Source: an uncultured Candidatus Saccharibacteria bacterium (lineage in GTDB: Bacteria; Patescibacteriota; Minisyncoccia; Phycocordibacterales; UBA1006). From it: 48,869 bases of DNA. Positions 1 to 9,688 of this stretch are shown here, piece after piece. Below the pieces are notes generated by a model, which saw only the letters and a program-made list of their open reading frames with translations, ran no database searches and was not told where the DNA came from. Where the stretch lies: positions 1 through 48,869 of the forward strand of contig CAZDPR010000005.1 in the NCBI GenBank assembly GCA_964507625.1, given 5' to 3'. Both the position numbers and the translations under genes were made by a program. How positions within the stretch are numbered: position 1 is the stretch's first letter; each line of letters opens with the position of its first letter.

Positions 1-1
1 T

Positions 2-292
2 GTAGAATATAAACGGGAAGCGCTCCGACTATTCCGACAATTAGAACAGAATTGGTCACGAATGATGGCTGATTTATTAAAAAATCTTGATGTAGAAGCT
101 ATTCAAAAAGGTCCTCAAATATCAACTATTTCTATTCGCATTCCGACCCATAAAGCAAATGGTGAAAAATATGATCGCAATGATAAAATAATTATCGTAA
201 AAGATGGTGAAGAAAAAGAAATTAAATATAAAAACCTGTCAAAAGAATTAGGAGAAGGGTGGCAAATAAAAACAGAAACGAAACGATCATAA
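2..292 (+). CDS. secA: SecA preprotein translocase ATPase, C-terminal fragment (5' end lies outside the window)
   Basis: The frame of the 62..292 ORF stays open back to nt 2. The translation VEYKREALRLFRQLEQ... matches the conserved EYKRE-x-F-x-x-F helix near the SecA C-terminus. TAA stop at 290-292. Confidence 0.55.
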   Translation, partial: VEYKREALRLFRQLEQNWSRMMADLLKNLDVEAIQKGPQISTISIRIPTHKANGEKYDRNDKIIIVKDGEEKEIKYKNLSKELGEGWQIKTETKRS

Positions 293-294
293 AT

Positions 295-318
295 AAAAAA
301 CCGCTTTTGCGGTTTTTT
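295..318. terminator. Bidirectional rho-independent terminator shared by secA (+) and ssrA (-)
   Basis: aaaaaaccgc-tttt-gcggtttttt: a GC stem flanked by an A-run and a T-run. Confidence 0.75.
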
Positions 319-325
319 ATTTATG

Positions 326-720
326 TGGAGATGGGGGGAATCGCACCCCCGTCCAATATGATTCATAGAACGTATCTACATATGTAGTTCTTTTCAAAAA
401 TGCTTGCTAGGCATTTCCACAAAAACCTCGAGAAAAGAACAAAGAATGAGTTTTTGGTCGCGTGATAAATTAGTTTTCAGTACCTATCACGATTGATATG
501 AAAATCGTCTGAAAAAATATTACACGAATTTGTTCCATTTCAGACTACAGAACAGTTCGCGGCTAACCATTATATGAGGTTAGGCAATTGCGAATGCACC
601 TTGAAAATAAGGTGACGCGATAGATTTTGATTTTGCATTTCAAAAGGGTGTGAGTTTTACCAGGTCACGCTGGATATGCAACGAACGATGAGGATTCATA
701 TGTCAAAGCTCGTCATCCCC
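326..720 (-). ncRNA. ssrA: tmRNA (SsrA), one-piece
   Basis: The minus strand starts GGGGATGACGAGCTTTGACA (5' acceptor) and ends GGACGGGGGTGCGATTCCCCCCATCTCCA (T-arm plus acceptor plus discriminator A). The acceptor stem carries the G3:U70 alanine identity pair. An internal frame GCA AAA TCA ... GCA ATT GCC TAA lies at 636..580. CCA is not encoded. Confidence 0.9.
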
Positions 721-721
721 A

Positions 722-1165
722 TTATTTATTTTTTATGAGTCGTGCAATTTCTCGATCTGATTCTCGTTTTTTAATTATTTCTCGTTTGTCGTGTTTACTT
801 TTTCCTCGAGCTAATCCCAGGAGGATTTTTATATGACGGTTGTGTGTAAAAACTTTGAGTGGGATCAAGGTGAGCCCTGATTCTGACTTTTTTTGCACAA
901 AACGCATAATTTCTGGTCGGGTAACGAGTAGTTTACGGTTACGGTAAGGATCATAGGACGGCGAGGTGTTTTTGATTTGGTAGGGTGGAATAAATGCTTT
1001 TACTAAAAAAAGTTCATTTTCTTTTAATACCACAAAGGCCTCGTTAATCGATCCTCGACTATTCCTGAGTGATTTTACTTCGGCACCTGACAGGGAAATG
1101 CCTGCAATGAATGTGTCGAGAATTTCATAGGAAAGACCTGCTTTTTTGTTTTCGAGAAGACTCAT
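722..1165 (-). CDS. smpB: SsrA-binding protein SmpB
   Basis: ENKKAGLSYEILDTFIAGISLSGAEVKSLR is the canonical SmpB N-terminus. The ATG at 1165 fits the family start; the ORF track start at 1204 is a TTG. The stop lies 1 nt from the tmRNA 5' end. Confidence 0.9.
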   Translation of the reverse strand: MSLLENKKAGLSYEILDTFIAGISLSGAEVKSLRNSRGSINEAFVVLKENELFLVKAFIPPYQIKNTSPSYDPYRNRKLLVTRPEIMRFVQKKSESGLTLIPLKVFTHNRHIKILLGLARGKSKHDKREIIKKRESDREIARLIKNK

Positions 1166-1284
1166 AAACAACGCAATAGTACCATATAAAGACTGAAATG
1201 GCAATAAATACTATAAACCTCACCGTGGTGTTAGTAAATACACGATATGGATTTATTGCTTAAAATCTGTATAATGCACTGTAT

Positions 1285-3195
1285 ATGAATGAATCAAAGA
1301 AAAAAAATACCAAACAAAAAAACACTTTTAAAAAGGGACGTTTTTTTGATCAAGTATTAACAGTGGTTATCGTGTTATTTGTCATCGGCTTAATTTATTC
1401 TTCATTTATGAGTAACCGAGTTATTCGTGAAGAGATTTCATTATCACAAGTTGCAGAATTAGTTGCTGGTGGTACCGTAGAACAAATCACGGTAAAAGGT
1501 GGGGAACTAACGATTACACTCCCAGAAAATATTGAAAAAATTGCAAAAAAAGAACCAGAAACATCACTTTCCGAAACACTTGCAAATTATGGAGTATCAT
1601 CAGAAACGCTCCGTGCCACCCCAATTACTATCAAGGGTGATAAAAATACATTCGGAGTAATTTTGAGTGTTGCTTCATTGTTAATACCAATATTAGTAGT
1701 TGGATTTTTCTTTTGGTATTTATCACAACAAATGAAAGCTGCAGGAGGCGGAAAGGCATTTTCTTTCGGTCAGTCAAAAGCGCGCATTACTGATCCGAAT
1801 GATAAAAATAAAAAAATTACTTTTGCAGATGTTGCGGGAAACGAAGAAGCGAAACAGGAATTATTAGATGTAGTAGATTTTTTAAAAAATCCGAAAAAGT
1901 ATTTTGATGTTGGTGCACGAATTCCAAAAGGGGTGTTATTGACTGGCCATCCTGGAACAGGGAAAACATTATTAGCACGAGCCGTTGCAGGGGAAGCAGG
2001 GGTTCCATTTTTCCATTTATCAGGATCAGAATTTGTGGAAATGTTTGTTGGGGTTGGAGCATCGCGTGTGCGTGATTTATTTGCTCAAGCAAAAAAAGTT
2101 TCCCCCGCAATTATTTTTATTGATGAAATTGACGCTGTAGGAAGAGCTCGTGGAGTTGGGTTTGGAGGAGGAAATGATGAACGAGAACAAACGCTTAACC
2201 AGATTTTGGTAGAAATGGACGGATTTGAACCGACAGAAAAAGTTATTATCATGGCAGCAACAAACCGTTCTGATGTATTAGATCCGGCATTGCTCCGTCC
2301 CGGGCGATTTGATCGAACGGTAACATTAGATGTTCCTGATCGAAAAGATCGTTTAGCAATTTTAAAAATTCATGCAGGAGAAAAACCACTCGCAGATGAT
2401 GTAAAATTAGAAATTGTTGCAGAACAAACTCCTGGATTTTCTGGGGCCGATCTCCAATCACTCATGAATGAGGGTGCAATTTTTGCAGCACGAGCAAACC
2501 GAACAAAAATTACTCAGAAAGATTTACTTTCTGCTATTGAAAAAGTAATGATTGGTCCAGAGCGTAAATCACACTTGCATACAGAACAAGAACGAAAAAT
2601 TGTTGCCTACCATGAAGCAGGACATGCGCTGGTTGCGTCAGTGTTACCAAACGCTGATCCGGTACATAAAGTATCTATTGTGGCACGAGGTCATGCAGGT
2701 GGATACACTTTGAAATTGCCTTTGGAAGAACGAAAATTAACGAACAAGGCCCAATTTTATGATGATCTCGCAATGTCGCTCGGTGGATATGTTGCAGAAA
2801 AAATTATTTTTGGTGATGTAACGACTGGTCCGTCAAACGACCTGCAAGTATCATCACGCCTTGCACGAAATATGGTAATGAAATGGGGGATGAGTGATAT
2901 TCTTGGTCCTGTGGCATACTCTGGAAATGCTACCGGATCTGCAATGTGGGGAGAAGGAATTAAAAATCAGGAATACAGTGAAACGACTGCAAAAATGATT
3001 GATGATGAGGTTCGATCAATTATGCAATCCGCAGAAAAGCGTGCCCACGAAGTACTCATCAATTATCGTGAAGCGCTCGATGCAATTGTAGAAAAATTGT
3101 TTGAAGTAGAAACATTGGAACAAGAAGCTTATAATGAACTTATTAAAAAGTTCGGCATTGAACCAAAAGTTCTTTCAGAAAAAAAATCCGCCTAA
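1285..3195 (+). CDS. ftsH: ATP-dependent zinc metalloprotease FtsH
   Basis: N-terminal TM segments, Walker [26 protein letters not shown] region and the HEAGHAL zinc motif. Confidence 0.96.
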   Translation: MNESKKKNTKQKNTFKKGRFFDQVLTVVIVLFVIGLIYSSFMSNRVIREEISLSQVAELVAGGTVEQITVKGGELTITLPENIEKIAKKEPETSLSETLANYGVSSETLRATPITIKGDKNTFGVILSVASLLIPILVVGFFFWYLSQQMKAAGGGKAFSFGQSKARITDPNDKNKKITFADVAGNEEAKQELLDVVDFLKNPKKYFDVGARIPKGVLLTGHPGTGKTLLARAVAGEAGVPFFHLSGSEFVEMFVGVGASRVRDLFAQAKKVSPAIIFIDEIDAVGRARGVGFGGGNDEREQTLNQILVEMDGFEPTEKVIIMAATNRSDVLDPALLRPGRFDRTVTLDVPDRKDRLAILKIHAGEKPLADDVKLEIVAEQTPGFSGADLQSLMNEGAIFAARANRTKITQKDLLSAIEKVMIGPERKSHLHTEQERKIVAYHEAGHALVASVLPNADPVHKVSIVARGHAGGYTLKLPLEERKLTNKAQFYDDLAMSLGGYVAEKIIFGDVTTGPSNDLQVSSRLARNMVMKWGMSDILGPVAYSGNATGSAMWGEGIKNQEYSETTAKMIDDEVRSIMQSAEKRAHEVLINYREALDAIVEKLFEVETLEQEAYNELIKKFGIEPKVLSEKKSA

Positions 3196-3208
3196 GGGCG
3201 GGTTTTTG
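3181..3208. terminator. Bidirectional terminator shared by ftsH and the convergent 3192..3560 gene
   Basis: aaaaaatccgcc-taag-ggcgggttttt. The ftsH TAA sits in the loop. Confidence 0.75.
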
Positions 3209-3560
3209 GTATAATTTTAATTTGGCATTCTATGAATTCTTTCGGGCTCATTCTTTCGTTCACGCAAAAATATCGATTATTGGTAATATTCAAAAAATTC
3301 TCCCATCCATCGACACCACTTTTTTTGACGAAATGCCCATCTTCTGCAATTTTTTGCAAACTTCGCAAAAACAATTGCTTTGCATAATTACCGAAACCGC
3401 GGCGTTCCAGTTGATCTCTGAAATACTCGGTATTAATATTAAAGATGAAATCTTCAGGATCTAAAATTAATTTTGATTCTCTTCCTGCAAACTCGGTGTT
3501 TTCAAAATCGTGAATGATTCTGGTTTGAAATTCTACAATGGGTGGTAGTTCGATTTTCAT
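3192..3560 (-). CDS. Hypothetical protein (122 aa)
   Basis: Long ORF convergent with ftsH. No motif recognised. Confidence 0.55.
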   Translation of the reverse strand: MKIELPPIVEFQTRIIHDFENTEFAGRESKLILDPEDFIFNINTEYFRDQLERRGFGNYAKQLFLRSLQKIAEDGHFVKKSGVDGWENFLNITNNRYFCVNERMSPKEFIECQIKIIPKTRP

Positions 3561-3595
3561 ATTTTTTTTCTTTAAAATACTCTATTTTTATTAAC

Positions 3596-3623
3596 TTGTC
3601 AAATATGTGAACTGTGGTAGTAT
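3596..3623 (+). promoter_or_regulatory. rnpB promoter (TTGTCA-N16-TGgTAGTAT)
   Basis: -35 at 3596-3601 and extended -10 at 3615-3623, ending 6 nt before the predicted RNase P RNA 5' end. Confidence 0.55.
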
Positions 3624-3629
3624 GACATT

Positions 3630-3942
3630 GTGTGCATCGCGCAATTACTCCTAGGGTCTACCCTGGGGGAGGAAAGTCCGAACACATCCTGTTTACAGGA
3701 GCAGGGTAGCGGGTAACGCCCGTCGTGGGTAACCATAGAGGTGCGAGCAGTGACGCCAATGCAGAAATGCTAGGATTCCCTTGCGGAATAAGTGTATGGC
3801 AACATACAAGTGAAACGGCTAAATCCTTACCTGTGTGCAAGGCCGTGCTATGTTTTTCATAGAGTGTCGCTCGAGGTGATTGGCAACAATCATCCCAGAT
3901 AAATTATTGCGTTAAAACAGAATTCGGCTTACGAATGCATAC
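3630..3942 (+). ncRNA. rnpB: RNase P RNA (bacterial type A-like)
   Basis: GGAGGAAAGTCCGAACAC (CR-I/P4) lies near 3667. GGGTAACGCCCG is present. ACAGAATTCGGCTTAC (CR-V/P4') lies at 3917-3932. P1 pairs gtgtgcatcg with cgaatgcatac, and P2 pairs gcgcaat with attgcg. Confidence 0.9.
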
Positions 3943-3947
3943 CTATC

Positions 3948-3976
3948 AAAAAACTACCCGAACAGGGTGGTTTTTT
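3948..3976 (+). terminator. rnpB terminator
   Basis: ctaccc-gaaca-gggtgg followed by TTTTTT. Confidence 0.7.
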
Positions 3977-3999
3977 GATGAGGTGTAATTAAGAAAAAT

Positions 4000-4029
4000 T
4001 TGACAAATAATAAAAAAATGTGATATATA
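4000..4029 (+). promoter_or_regulatory. Promoter of the GNAT gene (TTGACA-N15-TGaTATATA)
   Basis: Consensus -35 at 4000-4005 and extended -10 at 4021-4029. Confidence 0.5.
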
Positions 4030-4065
4030 GGTAACAAATTTTTGTAACCTTTTAACTTTATTCAA

Positions 4066-4674
4066 ATGGAAAATTTAATACAAGTTTCTGGTAAATATGT
4101 TGTATTAACACCTTTTTTGAAAAGTGAAACACAACAAGTATATCAGTGGAGAAACTCAAAAGACTATATTGAACTATGTACAAATAGGAGACATATTATT
4201 ACCTATGATCAATTTCTATCCGAATTAGAATATGATTTCAAGTACTCTCGACATGAGCAATATATAATTAAAAGAAAATCCGACCTCACCCCTGTTGGTA
4301 CGATTTTCTCTTACGGACACAACTATCATGATGGGTTTATTTTCATTACAACCTTTATTGAGGATCAATTTAAAAATTCTTTGTTTGGCGTAGAGGCTCA
4401 TTTACTAATGGTTTATCAATTATTTTCTCGTCTTGATAATTTATTTAAAGTTTACTGTGATGTTTACTCAAATAATAAAAATTCACTTAATATCATGAAA
4501 AAGAGTGGCTATGAGGTTGAGGGTATTTTTAAGAATCAAAAAAAGAATATTGATAATAGTAGAGAAGATGTCATTAGGCTGGCAATAGATTTGAGTAAAA
4601 AAGATTATGTTCTTGACTTTATTTCTCGAATAGGTAATACTGTCCCAAAAGTTGAACCTTTCAAAAATCCGTGA
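4066..4674 (+). CDS. GNAT-family N-acetyltransferase (RimJ/RimL-like)
   Basis: An N-terminal L-x-P...Y-x-W segment and a C-terminal ...VYSNNKNSLNIMKKSGYEVEGIFK... pattern typical of Acetyltransf_3. TGA stop. Confidence 0.65.
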   Translation: MENLIQVSGKYVVLTPFLKSETQQVYQWRNSKDYIELCTNRRHIITYDQFLSELEYDFKYSRHEQYIIKRKSDLTPVGTIFSYGHNYHDGFIFITTFIEDQFKNSLFGVEAHLLMVYQLFSRLDNLFKVYCDVYSNNKNSLNIMKKSGYEVEGIFKNQKKNIDNSREDVIRLAIDLSKKDYVLDFISRIGNTVPKVEPFKNP

Positions 4675-4739
4675 AGAACCTCTAGTGTTAATGTTTGATT
4701 GAGACATTGGGGATTAAATTACGTTTTTATTTTTTAGTT

Positions 4740-4949
4740 ATGTCAAAATTTACAGAAAAGGATGCTGCAAAAGCAACCAACTCTTCGAATTCTGAAACTG
4801 AAAAAGCTTGGCACTCAGCACGTCAGGACGCTGCTCTTGAGCAAATAAGGACTGGTGAAAACTGGAATCTGAAAAATGGTTACGCTATGGATAAGGTTGT
4901 AGAACGATCCAAAGAACATGATCAGAGAAATGGAGATTCTGGCAAATAA
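4740..4949 (+). CDS. Hypothetical small hydrophilic protein (69 aa)
   Basis: The ATG at 4740 is more plausible than the upstream track start. A strong terminator follows. Confidence 0.45.
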   Translation: MSKFTEKDAAKATNSSNSETEKAWHSARQDAALEQIRTGENWNLKNGYAMDKVVERSKEHDQRNGDSGK

Positions 4950-4972
4950 CCATTATTTGCAGCCGTTAGCTA

Positions 4973-5000
4973 ACACAAGTCCATAGGCTTGTGTTTTTTT
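4973..5000 (+). terminator. Rho-independent terminator
   Basis: acacaagtcc-ata-ggcttgtgt followed by T7. Confidence 0.75.
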
Positions 5001-5023
5001 CTAACTTATATATCCTACTATGT

Positions 5024-5446
5024 ATGGAATCTACATTTTTTAATTATAAAAAATTTTTTGGAACTTTAAATAATTTAAGAGAATTTAAGGTTTCCCAGAG
5101 ATTATTATTTCTACTCTTTATTTTGAAAATTTGTAAAACTGAACTAGAATCAGTAATTTTCAGCATAAATAATCAAAGGGTAATATTCGGTAGTTTTTTC
5201 TTTAATCAAGAAATGATTTCTTTTTATTTTACACATGTTCATGAAAAAATATACGAAGTTATTGACACTATTGAAGATGGAAAATTAAAACAGGTTTTAG
5301 AAATTTTTACAGAGACAGTTGATTTTTTCGATCAATTACCATTTGAAAACCTACTTGACGAAACAAAAGGGAGTCGAGATGAATTATTGCAAAAAATTTC
5401 AAAAATAGAAATTGATTTACAGGAAGGTTTGGGGAAAATAATTTAA
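5024..5446 (+). CDS. Hypothetical protein (140 aa)
   Basis: The ATG at 5024 lies after the terminator; the track's GTG at 4991 lies inside the hairpin. No motif recognised. Confidence 0.5.
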   Translation: MESTFFNYKKFFGTLNNLREFKVSQRLLFLLFILKICKTELESVIFSINNQRVIFGSFFFNQEMISFYFTHVHEKIYEVIDTIEDGKLKQVLEIFTETVDFFDQLPFENLLDETKGSRDELLQKISKIEIDLQEGLGKII

Positions 5447-5490
5447 TCATAGTATTTTACTTATCCATATTTTTATAGTATAATATTTTC

Positions 5491-6222
5491 ATGCATTTTC
5501 ACGTCATCACTCTATTTCCAGAAAGTTTCGATTCATACACCCACGAATCGATTATTGGGCGTGCCATAAAAAACAAGAAAATTAAGATTGATTTCTATAA
5601 TCCGCGTGAATTTGTACGGGGTAAAAAATATCGCAAAGTATGGCCAGATGGGAATGTTTCAAAAATTGTTGATGATCGACCTTTTGGTGGTGGTCCTGGA
5701 ATGGTGATTCGACCAGAACCAGTTATTTTAGCAATTGAGAAAGTTATCAAAAAAATTGATACCTATAACGCAAAACAATCTGATAAAAAAAAGAAAAAGA
5801 AATTGAAAATCGTATTTTTCTCACCTGGGGGGAATTTGTTCACTACGGAATATGCGAAACAAACCGTAGAAAAATTTACTGATGTTATGCTCATCTGCGG
5901 ACGATACGAGGGGATTGATGCACGGGTCTATCAGGTAATTAAAAATATTGAACACGTGTCGATCGGGAACTATGTACTGACAGGTGGGGAATTGCCTGCT
6001 ATGGTCGTGATTGATACCATGTCACGACAGGTTCCAGGGGTGTTGGGGAATTTTGATTCCCGTGAAGAATCCCGCACGGCATCCCATGATGTGTATACCC
6101 GACCAGAGGTGTTGGAATGGTCATCAGGAAAAGGGAAAAAGCCAAAAAATTACCCTGTTCCATCGGTATTATTATCAGGGGATCATAAAAAAATAGAGGA
6201 ATGGAAAAAGGGCTTACAATAG
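5491..6222 (+). CDS. trmD: tRNA (guanine37-N1)-methyltransferase TrmD
   Basis: MHFHVITLFPE start, DDRPFGGGPGMV and CGRYEGIDARV motifs. Contains a Lys-run insertion (SDKKKKKKLK). Confidence 0.93.
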   Translation: MHFHVITLFPESFDSYTHESIIGRAIKNKKIKIDFYNPREFVRGKKYRKVWPDGNVSKIVDDRPFGGGPGMVIRPEPVILAIEKVIKKIDTYNAKQSDKKKKKKLKIVFFSPGGNLFTTEYAKQTVEKFTDVMLICGRYEGIDARVYQVIKNIEHVSIGNYVLTGGELPAMVVIDTMSRQVPGVLGNFDSREESRTASHDVYTRPEVLEWSSGKGKKPKNYPVPSVLLSGDHKKIEEWKKGLQ

Positions 6223-6374
6223 GCCTTTTTGTGCATCAAGGACATCTTGACTTTTATCAAAAAAGGTATATATTTACAAGTAATACCAGAGACACGAGTG
6301 AGTTACTACAGGTAGATTACTAGGTTCTCAAATTATATAGGCCGTTTTTGACAAAAAATGGTTTTTTGCGTTAT

Positions 6375-9300
6375 ATGCCACATTCAAAACCAAAAGAGCA
6401 TGCCTCTTTGCAACGGGTTGGATATTTACCGAAAAAAACATTCAGTAAATATCGAACTCCATTGGTTACGGTGCCAAACTTGATTGAAAATCAGTTAGCA
6501 TCATACCGAAAGTTTTTAGAACACGATATTTCAAAAATTATTCAGGAATATACTCCGGTGTCGGACTATTCTGAAAAGAAATTCGAGTTTAGTATTACTG
6601 GTTTACGATTAGTGCGACCTGATCATGATGAAAGTTTTGCAAAAGAAAACAAACTCACTTTTGAAGGTCAATTAAAAGCGCAAGTAAAAATTCATAACAA
6701 AGTATTAGGTGCGACAAAAGATCAAGAAATTTTGTTGACCGAAATTCCATTAATGACACCAAATGGTACATTCATTATTAACGGGGTAGAACGAGTAATT
6801 GTTCCTCAGTTAATGCGAAGTCCCGGGGTTTCTTTTACTGAATCTCTTACGAAAAAGGGGAAATTTTTTGGTGCAAAAATTATTCCTGCACGAGGTGCAT
6901 GGATTGAAATTGAATCAGATGCAGATCATGCAGTTTTTGTGCGTATTGATAAAAAACGAAAATTCTACATTACAACATTATTGCGAGCATTAGGTCCAGA
7001 TTCTGATGAAGAAATTCTTGATTTATTTAAAAACGAAACCGCAAAAAATTATATCGCGTATTGTTTATCAAAAGATTCAGTAAAAACAAAAGGTGAAGCA
7101 TATGTAGATATATACAAAAAATTACGAGACGGGGAAACGGCTCCTGCTGATAGTGCTCGCGAATTTTTCCAATCAATTTTTTCAAAAGAACGATACGATT
7201 TATCACCAGTAGGGCGATACTTTTTCAACAAGCGATTTGATAAAGATATTTCAGATACTGGCGTTGCACAACAAGAATTATCTGCGGATGATTTAGTAAT
7301 TATCGTAGAACATATTGCAACATTGAATACTACTCCTCGTTCTAAAGGGGATGATATCGATCATTTAGGTTCTCGGCGTGTACGATTCGTTGGGGAATTA
7401 GTAGAATTAGCGGTGCGTAAAGGAATGGCTCGAATGAAACGAAATATTCAGGATAAAATGTCAACCATTGATACCAATACACTCCTCCCAATTCAGTTTA
7501 TCAACCAGCGACCATTACAGGCAGCAATTCGAGAATTCTTTACTCAAAACCAGTTGTCACAATTTATCTCTCAGGAAAACCTCTTAACAGAAGTTGACCA
7601 CTTGCGTCGTGTATCAGCGCTTGGGCCAGGAGGATTGACTCGTGAACGAGCAGGCTTTGAAGTTCGAGACTTGCACCCATCCCACTATGGGCGATTATGT
7701 CCTATTCGAACCCCAGAAGGTCCAAATATTGGATTGATTTTACAGTTGGCAATGTATGCACGCATCAATGATTTCGGAATGATTGAAACACCTTACATGA
7801 AAGTAAAAGACGGAAAAGCTACAAAAGAAATTGTTTACATGAACGCATTAGAAGAAGAAAAATATGTTATTGCACACGTAGGAATGGCAACAGAAAAAGG
7901 GGTAATCGAACGTGAAATTGTAGAAGCTCGTGTTCATAGCGCTCCTGGATATGTTACCAAAGATCAAGTTCAGTTTATTGAAATTGCAATTAATCAGGCG
8001 TTTTCTGTTGCAGCATCACTAATTCCATTTTTGGAACACGACGACGCAAAACGAACACTCATGGGGTCAAATATGCAAACTCAGGCGATGCCATGTGTAA
8101 TTCCTATGGCACCATTAGTGGCAACAGGAATCGAGGATCGTGCAGCGCTCGACGCAGGAAGATTATGTATCGCGGATGAAGATGGGACTGTTATTGTTGC
8201 AGATGGACAAAAAATTGAAGTTAAAAATGAAAAAGGAAAAGTACGAACATATACTTTAACGAATTACATTAGAACAAACCAGAGTACCATTTACCACCAT
8301 CGACCATTGGTTCGTGTAGGAGATCAGGTAACTATGGGGCAAGTATTAGCTGACGGAGCGACAACTGAAAATGGACAATTAGCAATTGGGCAAAATATTC
8401 GAGTAGCATTTATGTGTTGGAACGGGGCAAACTTTGAAGATGCTATCATTGTTTCTGAACGATTGGTAAAGAAAAATGTATTTACGAGTATTCATATTGA
8501 AGAATATGAATGTGTTGTTCGTGACACTAAATTAGGTGAAGAACAAACAACACATGATATTCCAAATGTCGGTGAAGCGAAACTCAAAGATTTAGATGAA
8601 GACGGAATTATTCGTGTAGGGGCAGAAGTCCGTGAACATGATATTTTGGTAGGGAAAATTACTCCTAAAGGTGAAGTAGAATTAACTCCTGAAGAACGAT
8701 TGTTACGATCGATTTTTGGTGAAAAAGTTCGTGATGTAAAAGATACCTCGCTCCGTATGGGGAAAGGTGAAAAAGGTCGTGTAGTAGGAGTAAAGGTATT
8801 TTCACGAGATAATGGTGATGAATTAGAATCAGGGGTACTTAAGAAAATTTATATTCAAATTGCACAGTTACGAAATATCCAAATGGGAGACAAATTGGCA
8901 GGGCGACACGGAAACAAAGGGGTGGTGTCAGTAGTGCTTCCAGAAGAAGATATGCCCTATAGTGCTGATGGAGAACCTATTGATATTATTTTAACCCCAT
9001 TAGGAGTGCCATCGCGTATGAACCTGGGACAAATTTTGGAAATGCATTTAGGAATGGCAGCGCACACATTAGGATATCAAGCTGTGGTACCTCCGTTCGC
9101 AGGTGCAACTCCAGAAGAAATTAAGCAAGAGCTTGTAAAAGCAGGAATTCCTGAAAATGGGAAAATGCCGTTATTCGACGGGCGTACAGGGGAACAGTTT
9201 GATCAAGATATTTCCGTAGGATATATGTATATGTTGAAACTATCACACATGGTAGAAGATAAAATCCATGCGCGATCTGTTGGTCCATACAGTTTAATTA

Positions 9301-9668
9301 CCCAACAGCCATTGGGAGGAAAAGCACAAGGAGGAGGACAACGATTTGGAGAAATGGAAGTATGGGCATTAGAAGGATACGGAGCTGCGCACACGTTGCG
9401 CGAAATGCTTACGGTAAAATCTGACGACATTGTCGGACGAACACAAACATTTGATGCAATTATTAAAGGTGAACCAATTAAAAAACCAAACGTCCCTGCA
9501 TCATTCCAGGTAATGTTAAGTTATCTCAAAGGGTTATCACTCGATATTTCTATTCGTGAATCACTCACTGGAAAAGAAAAAGCAGGATCTTCTGGTCCAG
9601 TAAATAAGGTCGAAATGAATTTTGAACTCGATGACATTATTATCGAGGACGATGAATTGGTTGATTAA
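6375..9668 (+). CDS. rpoB: DNA-directed RNA polymerase beta subunit
   Basis: Full-length RpoB motifs (GPGGLTRERAGFEVRD, NMQTQA, GRHGNKGV, GGQRFGEMEVWALE). ATG at 6375 is preferred; TTG at 6348 is the alternative. Confidence 0.97.
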   Translation: MPHSKPKEHASLQRVGYLPKKTFSKYRTPLVTVPNLIENQLASYRKFLEHDISKIIQEYTPVSDYSEKKFEFSITGLRLVRPDHDESFAKENKLTFEGQLKAQVKIHNKVLGATKDQEILLTEIPLMTPNGTFIINGVERVIVPQLMRSPGVSFTESLTKKGKFFGAKIIPARGAWIEIESDADHAVFVRIDKKRKFYITTLLRALGPDSDEEILDLFKNETAKNYIAYCLSKDSVKTKGEAYVDIYKKLRDGETAPADSAREFFQSIFSKERYDLSPVGRYFFNKRFDKDISDTGVAQQELSADDLVIIVEHIATLNTTPRSKGDDIDHLGSRRVRFVGELVELAVRKGMARMKRNIQDKMSTIDTNTLLPIQFINQRPLQAAIREFFTQNQLSQFISQENLLTEVDHLRRVSALGPGGLTRERAGFEVRDLHPSHYGRLCPIRTPEGPNIGLILQLAMYARINDFGMIETPYMKVKDGKATKEIVYMNALEEEKYVIAHVGMATEKGVIEREIVEARVHSAPGYVTKDQVQFIEIAINQAFSVAASLIPFLEHDDAKRTLMGSNMQTQAMPCVIPMAPLVATGIEDRAALDAGRLCIADEDGTVIVADGQKIEVKNEKGKVRTYTLTNYIRTNQSTIYHHRPLVRVGDQVTMGQVLADGATTENGQLAIGQNIRVAFMCWNGANFEDAIIVSERLVKKNVFTSIHIEEYECVVRDTKLGEEQTTHDIPNVGEAKLKDLDEDGIIRVGAEVREHDILVGKITPKGEVELTPEERLLRSIFGEKVRDVKDTSLRMGKGEKGRVVGVKVFSRDNGDELESGVLKKIYIQIAQLRNIQMGDKLAGRHGNKGVVSVVLPEEDMPYSADGEPIDIILTPLGVPSRMNLGQILEMHLGMAAHTLGYQAVVPPFAGATPEEIKQELVKAGIPENGKMPLFDGRTGEQFDQDISVGYMYMLKLSHMVEDKIHARSVGPYSLITQQPLGGKAQGGGQRFGEMEVWALEGYGAAHTLREMLTVKSDDIVGRTQTFDAIIKGEPIKKPNVPASFQVMLSYLKGLSLDISIRESLTGKEKAGSSGPVNKVEMNFELDDIIIEDDELVD

Positions 9669-9688
9669 TAAAAAATTATTTTCTTTTT

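Noticed and set aside
326-720. tmRNA, tRNA-Thr (19277-19349) or rnpB as integration sites of a mobile element
   Set aside because: The window holds no integrase or recombinase gene. I could find no duplicated copy of the 3' ends of these RNA genes nearby.
3208-3216. Consensus TGGTATAAT immediately after the ftsH terminator
   Set aside because: It would fire antisense into the convergent 3192..3560 gene. No plus-strand ORF or RNA follows, so it is probably a chance match in AT-rich DNA, although antisense transcription cannot be excluded.
3658-3840. 60-aa minus-strand ORF
   Set aside because: It lies entirely inside the RNase P RNA gene, and its relatively high GC content is explained by the structured RNA.
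6011-6196. 61-aa alternative-frame ORF inside trmD. Similar small in-gene ORFs lie at 14216-14422, 24291-24473, 30292-30480 and 31538-31738.
   Set aside because: They overlap conserved coding frames on the same strand and show no independent start signals or recognisable motifs.
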